A stretch of DNA of 59,143 bases, filler included, from Rhizaria sp. SCN 62-66 (Eukaryota): the NCBI GenBank assembly GCA_001724265.1. It is 2 parts of 2 records of this genome, joined end to end, with 100 filler letters (N's around TTAATTAATTAA, not from the genome) between each part and the next. Parts side by side here need not be neighbours in the genome. Positions count along the whole stretch, not along the records: positions 27,497 to 59,143 come from MEDY01000406.1; 1 more part is not named here. The stretch is one strand, 5' to 3'. This document shows, one piece after another, positions 46,319-57,000 of the stretch (position 1 is the stretch's first letter; each line of letters opens with the position of its first letter). The notes under the pieces were generated by a model. That model saw nothing but the letters and a program-made list of their open reading frames with translations, was not told the origin of the DNA and searched no databases. A program made the position numbers and the translations under genes.

Positions 46319-46901
46319 ATGAACGAGAGTCACGCCGCCGCTAGACACGTCCGCTCTAACGACCGTGACGCTAGAGACGTGGCTACCAGCAGTGACAACA
46401 GCATGCTTGCAGCGCTAAAGAACTGGAAGGACTGGGGCCGCGACGCGCAGCCCAGCGCTCGCAACAACCGTGGCGTTGGCGGTGACGCAACCGGCAGTCC
46501 GCACAAAGACGCGCGCAGTGGTAGCGGTCAGCAGCAGCAGAGGCAAAAGCACAACGCTTACCTGCTGAACGGCGACAGCAATAATAATAGTGATGACAAG
46601 TTTAGCCACCAACACACGGCGGCTCGGGTTGCCAATCGTAAGAGTGGGATGACGACACTAACCGTGATAAAAACGGTGATAGTGCCGACAGAGTCAAAAG
46701 CAAGACTACCGCGACCGCGGCCGCCGTCGCCGCCGTCGTGGCGCAGATCTGCGCCACGACCGTGCGGCGAGCGGTGCAAAGACCACCAAGTTTCCACTGC
46801 CGAGCAAACTCACGTCACAACAGGCCAAGGACCTCGCTGAGATGGCATGCTCTCTGCTGTCCCCGTCGGACGCCAACGGCGACAAGTTGGACTTGGTGTG
46901 A
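46319..46901 (+). pseudogene. Degraded low-complexity coding fragment with apparent frameshifts
   Basis: GC-rich island. The most coding-like frame switches near 46649 (to DDDTNRDKNGDSADRVKSKTTATAAAVAAVV) and again near 46758 (to DRAASGAKTTKFPLPSKLTSQQAKDLAEMAC...LDLV*). Confidence 0.4.
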
Positions 46902-46996
46902 TTTTTGATGATTCTTTTTGCAAGCTTAAACGTACATATGCAATATAACTCGATATAAATCGACCTTCTCCAGTTGGACTTGGATTCTCTAAAGTA

Positions 46997-47138
46997 GTAT
47001 AGGTATAAAGCGGACTATGACTCAGAAGTCACTGAGTTTTATTTTGGGGTTTGAAAAGCTATGAATTGAGAAAAAGTGTAGATAGCATGAATGGTGAGAT
47101 TTTACTCAAGTGAGTCATAGTCCACTTTATACCTATAC
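46997..47138. mobile_element. MITE-like element: 28-bp inverted repeats around an 86-bp non-coding spacer
   Basis: gtataggtataaagcggactatgactca (46997-47024) pairs with tgagtcatagtccactttatacctatac (47111-47138) at 27/28 positions. The core 47002-47133 is flanked by TA/TATA on both sides. Confidence 0.65.
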
Positions 47139-47221
47139 ATGTACTACTCTAACTCTAGCAAGGCATAAAAATGAACTTTGTATTAGTGCTGACCGCAAAA
47201 GATGAGAGTTTCACATATCAC

Positions 47222-48300
47222 TTAGCCACCAGCCATCTCAACATTGCCGCCCCGCGTGGTCGTCTGCTTTGCGACATTGCCATCGGGAGACTCAACATCT
47301 ACCTTACCAGAGCGCGCAAAGCAGAGGCACTTGTTGCAGTACGCGATCAAGATGAAGAGAGCGATAAGCAGCACAACACCAACGGGGACAACAATTGCAA
47401 TGATTAGTGCTTCGTCATCAGATGTTTCGTCATCACCATCACTGCCGTTACTTCCATCATCGTCGTCACTGGGCAGAGCCTTGGTGTAAGCATTAGTGCC
47501 AAACGAAGCCGGTAGCTCGTCCCCGTCTTCCACATTTGCGTCGCTCACGGTCATTCCAGCGTCCGTGTGAAGAAAGCTGCTGTCACCGCCGGCGCCTGCG
47601 TAGCCAGTGCCACCGCTGTAACCCAGCGAGAAGAGCAAGTGATTGCGCTCGTGACATCGATCTCGAACTTGAACTGCCTGGCGGTTATGTTAAGGCTAAC
47701 GAGCCGTGATGCAGAGATCTTACTGCCCCTAGCCATAACTGTAAAGGCCGTGCCCTCAGTAACAATCCACGCTGCAAACTTGGTACGCAGAGCGTCGGTA
47801 ATTGTGGTGTTCCGAGCCGTGATCCAGGTTGTCGTGGTCTGCCACATGTGCCCAACGAGGCCGAGAGTTACTGACCGGCATAAACAGTCGCTCTCTTCAG
47901 TAAAACCAGCACCGCAAACACACTTGTTGCAGTTGATATTGGCAGCTCCTTTGTTGTGGCAGTCACGCTCGCAAGTGCTGCATGTGGGGTCCAGCCAGGC
48001 CCCGGACGCCAGGCATGTGCAGTCAGCATTGCATGTAACCTCGCTCCCATCAGCAGTCACGTGACCGGAGCGGAAGCCGCCGTGCTCGCACACGGTGTCA
48101 TCGCAGCTGGCGACGGGCGTGGCGCAGTTTGCGCCGGTGAACAAGGCGACGCCATTGCTGTCTTTGCAGCAGACACATCGCGCACGCTGCGCGATATTGT
48201 TGACTATACACGCCGACGAAGTGGCACCATTGCAGCCAATGGTGGCACACGGTGAAACCGAGCAGAACGCGCCAGACCAGTCGCCTACGCAGTCGCACAT
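47222..48300 (-). pseudogene. EGF-like Cys-rich type I membrane protein fragment with a frameshift near 47640
   Basis: EGF-like CDCVGDWSGAFC, C.HGG...C.C and C.NKG...C.CGAGF. The TM helix (LIIAIVVPVGVVLLIALFILIAYC) lies in a second, overlapping frame. There is no signal peptide, and it begins mid-repeat next to AT-rich DNA. Confidence 0.6.
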
Positions 48301-48883
48301 AACAATTTATAATATCAGAGACACAGCATATAATTCGAATTAAATACTTGGTTCTTATTGTTTTCATAGAAAAAGAGAGTCTGTGTTCACAGGAAAACGA
48401 AGTGTGTATACACAAGAAACGCCACCTTTAAATCGCAGCCGGCAAATGCTGTCGACTGGAATTTTATGCAGAATGTCGGCGGTAACAACATCTGACACAC
48501 AACAAACTTTTTTCAAAGCACTCTACAATCTGTCTACAAGTGCATGTTTATGATATGATATCCATTTAGGGCTCTCGAAACTGATCTAACCGTGCAAAAA
48601 CATACATATTTCAATATAATCTCACTGTGGTCCCCCCATGTGGATGGAACGACCAACGTCAGCAACAGGATCATGTAGATGGTCATTAACTAGTGTCAAT
48701 TATGTACACAACGCGCTGACCATCTACCGACTGCCTCTAAATAGAATGATAAGCTTGCTGTATATTCTATTGGTTTAAGCTATGCTGGTGTTGTAGATGC
48801 GTAAGGTTCATAAGTTCATGCGCATCAGTGCCTCACACAGGCCTGAACGAAGAAAACAGCATGCGCGAACCGTTAACTTTGCA

Positions 48884-51277
48884 CTATTGACCTGGTTGCG
48901 GACTGGTGTAGGTCTCAAAGCGCTGCAGCGCGCGTGCATCAAATGGTTGCGCACTATTATCGCTTGTTGACGCAGTTTTCCCCTGCACACACGACATCAC
49001 ACGCCCGACAGGCACCGCGCCGTTCAGCAAAGTGGCAGCGCAAGGCTTGAACACGATAAACCACGGTGAATCGCACGCTCCGTGAACAGTCGTTATTTCA
49101 CGAGGCACAACTTCGCGAGGGTACATCAGCACTGTACCAACTGGATATGTCACATTTTCACTGGCAGCGGGCGCCGTGTACTCACCGTAAACAATGTCGG
49201 TGTCAGGAAGTGTGATGGGTGACTTGGCACAGGAGGGGCCGTGTTGTACATGATGCACTGTGACAAACGGCAGACGCGTGCCCGGAGACTGGCTTGAAGG
49301 GACGAAACATTGGTGCAATCGGATGCCCAATGCGTAGGTGTGACCTGCAGTGCGGAAGTGTGTTGCGTTATGAGGGAACCGTTTGTTATCAAGACGTATT
49401 ACCATGCGATGATTGTCGTAGCCTGCGTTGTTTCCATCACATAAATCAACATAAATGACCACATCAGATGTCATGTGCTCTGGCCCCAACTTCTGCAGAG
49501 CATATGCCAGAATACGATCGCGAGCCTTTGTTTGCAGTAGCGTGAGTGCGGCAGGAGGTGGAACGCCATGAGTCCTCACAGGAGCGGGAGACGGTGTGTA
49601 GTCATATGACGACACTTTTGCCTGTCGACGAGGGTACCCACACTCCTCTAGGCTGCAAGCAATGTGTGAATCAAATGCTTCCTCCCAACTATTCGACTGG
49701 AGAACTAGCTTCCATTTTGCATTGGCAGCAGCTTCTGCCTCGGCAGCCGCCTTTGCGGCTGCTTCAGCAGCAGTCAATGCGGCAGCTTTGGCGGCAGCTT
49801 TTGCCTCCCCCCTCGCTACAAAATGCATAGAAACAATGTCAGCCAACATCTGCAGCGCACGCTTCTCATGGAAAACATCTGGAAACGCAACAGCGACACG
49901 CACACGCCACTTTGCACCCGTAGACGCTGTCAACACTGCCTACCAGTCTGTCAACTGTGCAAGGACAACAGCAGCGGTGCGCTTATTGATATCTGTAAGC
50001 AGCATTGTCGCAACAAGACCAGAGTTGTCAGTGTTGTTATCGTCAGACTGAGCTCCTCCGCTGCTCTTGCTGCCACCATTGCGCAGCACTGTGAAGCTTG
50101 CATGGACAGTGCCAAATCCACAGGTGTTTCCACTGATAGCGTCGCCCCTGTCAACTAAATGAGCAAGCGCGGCGGTTTTCTCGCCGGTTTCCTTCGCTTT
50201 GATTTGATTTTCAATGCCGTCTTCAACGTCATCGCTGTCCTCAGTCTCAATCAGTGCGGCGACGGCCCTAGCACGTACTCCGCAGGCGTCGTAGCTTGCA
50301 GCAAGGCTTGTTGACAGAATAGTTGCCGTGACCTCACCGACAACCGCGCATTTGCACTGAAGAAAAGATCTCGCAGATGTTGTAAGACTTGAACTTGCGT
50401 CTGTATGTGCATTGGAGGGTGTGCCCTCAACAATTGTGGCAGGAACGGCTCCATCTTCACTCAATTGAAATTGTGTGTTTTGAGACGTGAGCAGCGGGGA
50501 AGCCCCGCAACCGCAGCCGCGACGCACAGTGCACGTGAAACGCACGCCGCACAACTCAACCGTGCCAAGTTGAGCAGCGAAGCCGTCGCCGTTAGATGCA
50601 GAGAGCAGGTCAGCGAGTGGCACATCAGCTTCGCACGTGACCTCCCGCGGTACTAACCCAGCAGTCGCATCGGTGGTCGCTGCCTCGAACGCAGCACGTG
50701 CAGCAGCCCAGGGTGTGTCGGCAGGCATATTATTGATAACTTGCTCGTTTGGTTTGCTGCTATTTAGGTCTGCGTTTACGGATGCCCTAGCGGTCGCACT
50801 TGTGAAAAGCCAGACGGGAAGTGACGCTAAAAGCCTCCCGAGACGTGTGATACTTGGCGCATCTGTGGCGCCAGTCATGCTCGCAAGTGTGTTTTTCGTC
50901 CGCGCTAGAGTCTCATGTTCTTGTTTGGTGCGCTGTAACAGAAAAAGCTGCAATTGCTTTGCCAACGCTGACAGGGGAGCAAGTGCTTGGGATGGATATC
51001 GCTCAGTTGTGGTTGAGAGTGTGGTCAATTTGGCATCGGTCTTCGTGCGTAAGGTTTCAGTAAGTGCAGTTTCGTTCTTGAGCTGCAGTGTCAGCTCGGC
51101 AATGCGGGAAGTAAGTGTGGTGGCGTGAGAGCGTAGCTCGGCGTGCTTGGTTGTAACACTGCGGATTACGTGGTCTTTGTGTTCACCGTCGATAAGTGCA
51201 CAGTGGCCGCATACGACATTGACACATGTGTCGCACCAGTAGAGCATGAGTACGGGCTCGTCATGCTTGTAGCAACA
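48884..51277 (-). CDS. TRIM37-like protein (B-box, coiled coil, MATH-like) fused to a C-terminal cyclophilin-like domain; in-frame TAG at 49940-49942 (possible pseudogene)
   Basis: B-box2 CYKH...CDTC....CGHC......HKDH follows the acceptor tttag at 51278. ORFs 49940-51247 and 48884-49936 are in the same frame, separated by one TAG. MATH-like GLVPREV...VELCGVRFTCTV and VRVAVAFPDVFHEKRALQ. Cyclophilin-like IYVDL...RMVIRL....PHNATHFR...YGE...GTVLM...SPWFI...VPVGRV. Confidence 0.65.
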
Positions 51278-51658
51278 CTAAAAGTGTTTGATACAAATAG
51301 TAACAAAGAAAGTGACAATGTCGAATTAGTGATGGTTATTAATTGAAACAAATTCGAGTATTCTGGAAGGAAGAATGAAAGACTCATCAAACGCAGCCGC
51401 TTGTTGTTGCTGCTGCGAGACTACATGCATTCACGCTGCTAGGACGTACGCTAGGATTGCGGTTCGCGGGGGTGTCAATGACGGAGACAACAACACTATT
51501 GACGGTGCTGCCATCGCTGCCACGGCTACCGCTGCTGCCTATGCTGGGCGCTGGCTCACCTTGGAGCGCACTTTCGGACTAAGAGTGTTTGTGACATAAC
51601 GTACATCATAATTTGGCAGTCTGTGAGATCAATTAAGTTTATGTTTTCGTATGCTAAC

Positions 51659-51872
51659 TTTTGCTTTCCGCAGTAGTTCGGAGATATCGGAAGCACTTGC
51701 TACAGATGAAGGTTGATTGCGTCAGATTCTGCTGAGCGTGAGCAAGCGAGAGTGAGCAAGCAAGTCTCGATAGTGCATTACCTTGAAGCAACCTTGACAA
51801 AGACTTTGAGGGCGACATTTGCCTGGTGATTGAATATTCTTGCGGTGTATCATGCAGTTATACACCCTAGAT
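51659..51872 (-). other. Putative upstream exons encoding a degenerate RING finger (53-nt intron 51781-51729)
   Basis: Removing GTAATG...gctcacgctcagCAG gives VYNCMIHRKNIQSPGKCRPQSLCQGCFK|NLTQSTFICSKCFR. How this links to the B-box exon is not resolved. Confidence 0.45.
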
Positions 51873-52327
51873 GTCCTGTGGGTGGGGTGTGCTAAATATA
51901 GCGCAAGATGCGGACAAATGCAGCAAGGTGAGGCGAGATAGGATGACCTCGGGGGTAATTGCTTGTACCCAAGCCAAAATAGTGCATCTGGAGATATAAT
52001 AAATGAAAAATGTAGCAAACATTGTAACCATCCTAATTTATTTCACAAAACTATATCTGACGATCACACTACCACGACGATGACATTTTCCATTGGCGTT
52101 GCTCGTCTCTGACCTGGCTTAAAACTGAGCAGCATCATCGTAATTTTCGCCAATTAAATGCACGCCTGTCGATATTATATAACACCAATCGATAACCAAT
52201 TACGTATCGTATACTATATCACGATTCAAGTTTGATATTTTGCTATTTGAGGACGAAATCCCTCAAAACAATTGTTTGGAGTCTGCCTGCTTTGCAGTAC
52301 TCGTTCATGGTGCCCAATGGCCGATCG

Positions 52328-53200
52328 CTACAATGGCATGTGAATACACATGAGTCTTAGATAATCTTTATTTGTAGATGAATTGTGTTGCTGCGTGCCT
52401 AACGCTTGTGCGAGCGCCCTGAACGAGCCCGTGTGCATCCCAGCCCTGCAGATTCCGGTCGCTCCCGCACTGGCCGCCCCAGCCCCAGCCACCGCACCGG
52501 TCGTGGCCGCGCTGGACAGACTGGAGAGCGTGTCATGCGCCGGCATTGAGTCGCCAGACACGGTGGGCACCAGTGACGCAAAAAGTCGCCAGCCCAGTGG
52601 CGCCTCCAGCAGCTCAGGACTCGCGCCGAGCGCGGCTGCACTGGAACTCGTGACATCGCTAGTACTGCGGCTATACGCGTCTCCAGCGTCGACGCCGAGT
52701 CAACTCACGACAATCGACTGCTGGGCGTTTTGAGTGTGCGTAAGCGTAGAGTGGCAGAGACACGGTGCGGCAGCAAGCCGAGCAAGTGTCTGCGGCAGCA
52801 ACGACGCGTCCGGGAGCGCTGCCGGTGCAGGGCCGGGCTCAAAGTCAGCTCAACCCATCTCCCGCGGCCCACGTTCACAGCGCCCATCGTGGCCTACGCA
52901 GAGATTGCACGAATACCAGGTCCGTTGTAGACAAAAGCGCGCGCGCGCCTGTATGAGCGCGGACACGCTGAGCACGCCGCGACCACGAACGGCCTTCCCT
53001 CGAGCCGCTGCAGCGCCACCGAGCCCTGCAGTGCTGCCGCGTGAAGGCGCCGCGCTCGCGGCGCCCGCGCGCCGCGCTCGCGGCGCCCGCGGCGCCCGCG
53101 GGCTACCACTAGCCGTACTCGCTCTGCGCGGCCTCGACCGCCGCGGTGCCCTGCCACGCGCGCGCCAGCAGTGGGACTGAAAGTAGTGCCTGGCTTCGCA
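52328..53200 (-). pseudogene. Degenerate GC/Ala-rich coding remnant
   Basis: GC-rich island. The Ala/Gly-rich minus frame is broken by in-frame stops, and no family motif is recognisable. Confidence 0.4.
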
Positions 53201-54005
53201 GATGCACTGGTGGCGTGGACACTGTTAGTATTGCTTAGCGTTGCTCGGATTTGAGGCATGGGTGTGATGTACTCGCTTGCCAACACTAAGGTAGCACAGC
53301 ACTTCCTGAACTTCGTCATCGTCGTGGAGATATGAAAAGGTCGGTGCATGACAACACAAAACGCACTCAAACGACTATCGAGACGTAATCACGGGTACAA
53401 TACCGGAATATGATGCCTTCACAATAATAATACATTATTCAAGCAGAATAAGTCAACACATACAAGATATCTCGTTTTTGTCTCAAAAATTGTGAGGTCT
53501 GCCCAATAAACACCGACTCTAGCCTTAAGAGGCAGGGAGGGCAGTGATCCTGGTGACAGGAGACCAGGACAGCTAACCTGTACGGTTGGGCGAGAGGAAA
53601 AACGAAAATTTAGTAGGTGAAATACGCGTTGCTGTCTCCATGAGTGTGAGTGCGACGGTTTTGTTTCGAATTTAATATTTGCAGGCATTATGATACCATT
53701 TTTGCAGATCCTGAACACGCGCTCATCTAATGTTATATCCATTCTGCGAACACCCTCCATTTGCTTCTCTCAGCCGCTCGCCAGGCGCGCTTTTGGCTCG
53801 CATTCTAGGCTTCAAAACGACTTCTGTGATCGAGAAGCACAAAGTTTGATTTGTTATACGGCCAGTATAACTCAAATCCGCCGTTGGCACCCTGGAAAAC
53901 GGAGCATAAGCACTGTAGTTCCACACACCGTCCAGGGCTTAAACCTCCAGGGCTGTTCATATCCCGGCAACCTTTCGCCGCTCCCGCGTCTTCCGCGTGC
54001 TCGTC

Positions 54006-57000
54006 ATGACTGTCCGTTGTCCTGAGGTCATGTTGTTTACCGTGCATTTGCGCTGCAGCGGCTCCACACACGTCGCGCCATCTTTTGCCGCGTTAGTGAG
54101 TCTTCTGTGCCTCGCCACAATCTGGTTCGCCTCCTTGGTTAGTGCTACAACTGAGACATCTCTTGCGCCTCACATCAGCTCTGTATTGACCGCGCCTACC
54201 GGTGTCGAATGGGGCGCTAAGTGCGGCGGTGACCTGGCGACTGCGACCGCTGCCGTTGCTGCGGCCGAGCTCGCCAGCGAGTACTCTGTCTTCGCCAGCT
54301 CCGGCGTTGGCCGCGACGCCTCGGCTGCTCACAAGCGCGCCGCGCACATGTTCGAGCCCGCGGACGAAGACGACCACGGCGCGCTATGGGTCAAGTCCGG
54401 CGCGCACTGCGCGGACCCGTTCTCGATTATCAGTGCCGCGGCGTACTTCAACATCTCCGCGGCGACCGCGAGCCCGCTGTTGTTGCGCGCCAACATCACC
54501 GACTCGGGCTCCCCCGCGCGCGCCACGGTGTTCGCGCGTGAGGAGACCGTGGTCACTTTCTCCTGCTGGAACAATGCTGTTCCAGACCTATTTGTCATCA
54601 CTGAGGACGCCTCACCAGACTTCAACTCAAGCACCGGCTCAAACGGCGGCACCAGCGGTGGCAACATCGGCGGTCTCGGCCTCATCATCGGCGGCCCCTG
54701 CAGTCTCCCGCCCTGGTTGCGGCCCGAAGGCACCGTTTGCGACGGCGACGGCGACGGTGGCGGCGGTGACGACGGTGGGGGTGATGACGGCGGTACTGAC
54801 ACCGGTGGTGGTGACACTGGCGGTGGCGGCGACACTGGCGGCGCACTAACACCACAGACCCCACTGAGCCTGTTAAAGAGCCCGTTAACTTGGATCTCTT
54901 TCTTCCTGGCTCCGCGACAGCTCTCATCCCGGCGCTCCCCGCCGCAGCCTCAGCCTCAAACTCCGACTCAGCACCGCAAACCACTGCAAAGGCCTCGCTG
55001 ACGTGCCGCGGCGGCAGCTGGCACGCGCGCACGCACCTGCGCGAGGCTGCGAGCTCAATCACGTCTACAGTCGCCGGCGCTGCGATGCTCGGTTCGATCG
55101 CGACACGTGCTGTTGTGCTCGCACACTGCCCCGCGCAGTGCGGCGCGCACCCGCTCGAGCGCGCGCTGCCGCCCCACATGCGGCTGCACTACTCGGCCGT
55201 TGCCACGGCGTCTTACGCACAGGGCATTCTGCCGCCGCCAGAGGTTGCCAGCGTGCGCAAGAGCCCCGTCGCGTCCGGGGTGCTCGCGGCCGCCACGGCC
55301 GCTGCCGCGGGCAAGCTCGACGGCATCAGTGCCGACGATCTTCCCGGCGTTGGCGGTGGCCTCATCGACGGCTCGCGCGTCTACAGCGACGGCGCGTACG
55401 CGCACCTTGTCTGCCGCAACGCCGCGGCGACGTCGAGCGCGGCGCGGCCCATTGCGACGTACCAGTGCCACGCCTCGGCCACGGGTCCCGGCGAGTGGCG
55501 CCTCGTCACGTCCTCGGTCCCCACGACTGTGCCCGCCTCTTTCGGCTCCGAGCCCGCCGCGGCGGCGCTACAGGCACTCACGGCGACGCTGCCGACGACT
55601 GCGACGGACGCGATGGCGCGCACCGCGCTGGTGATGTGCGCAATGTGCATGTCGGTCGTGTGCCAGGCTTTCCCGGAGTCGTACACGTCCACCGTCGGTC
55701 TGCTCACCACCTATAGTGTCCTGCCTCTGTACCCCGGCTCACCGGCGCAGCAGCTGCGGTCCGACGGCTACACGCCCGTCGCCCTGCCGTTCCGTGGCCG
55801 CCGCTACCCCGCTGGCGCGGTCGCCTCATTCTCGTGCCCGCTGGGCGGCCTGACGGTGCCTGTGAGCACGCTGCCCGCGCTCCCCGCAACCACACAGTTC
55901 GAATGCCGCGCGCTGCCCGGCGGCGCCGCGCCTGCGCCCGCGTTCGGCGAGGCTTGGTGCGGCTACGGCGACCTCGACTGCGCCACCAAGGGCAGTAGCG
56001 TCAACCTCGGCAACACCGAGGCCGCCGCCGCCGCGGCCGCCGCCGAGGCCGGTTTCCGCCACGGCGGCTGGGTGGCTGTCGCGACCGGTGAGATCCTCGG
56101 CTACGGCGCCGGCCTCCCCCAGTGCGTGCCGAACGAATGCCGCCATCTGCCGCAGTGGGCGAAGCCGACGACGGCGCGCATCCAGTCCGTGTCCGTGACT
56201 GTATTCCCGGCCGCTGTCTCTGGGTTCAAGACCGAGATTGTCACCGCGTGCCCGGAGCACTACGTCTCGACGACGCCCGAGACGCCCGCGTCGCTGACGT
56301 GCGTCGACGGCGTGTGGACCAGTCAGGGCACTGAGTGCCGCCGCAGTGACGTTTGCGTGCTGCCGCAGCATCAGGCTGTGCGGACGCGGCTTAACTTCCT
56401 CGCGCCTGCGGTCTCCGGCCTGCCTGGCCCCGAGGGCAACGACGACCTGCGCGAGTCGATGCTGGTGCCTTGGCGCGATGCGAACGAGGACCACTACCCC
56501 ATCGGCTCAACGCTGCTGCAGTCGTGCGCCAGCGACGGGGACAACTATGACGTCAACAGCACATCTGTGGTGTGGCGCACTTGTCGCGTCGGCCCGCTGA
56601 ACATCGACCCCGCGCGCGTTAACGACGGGTACGAAACTCTCATGCGCTATTCCGCAATGTACGTCGGTGGTGACGAGTACCTCGAGGTCACCCCGCTCTG
56701 GGGCAACATCACGCTCTCGATGACGCAGTCGTGCGGCCAGTCGGTCTGCAGCTCTATTGCCCGTCTTCGCTGGGCCGGGTTCGACCCCGTGAGCCAGCTG
56801 CAGTTCACGCAGCTCGCCGGCGCTCACCCCGAAGCAGACAGCAAATTCTCCTTGCACTGCGTCGAGGAGGGCTACGAGTCGTACTCTTCGCACACCTGCA
56901 CTCCGACCGGCAAGTGGTCGCCTGCGCTGCCGACGGATATCTCTGGGGCTGAGACGCTCACGGCATGCCCGCGCCGGTCGTGCTGGTTGCCGCTGCAGCT

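Noticed and set aside
49927..49943. Tiny GT-AG intron that would remove the in-frame TAG
   Set aside because: The available GT...AG pairs (8 or 17 nt) are too short and would shift the frame.
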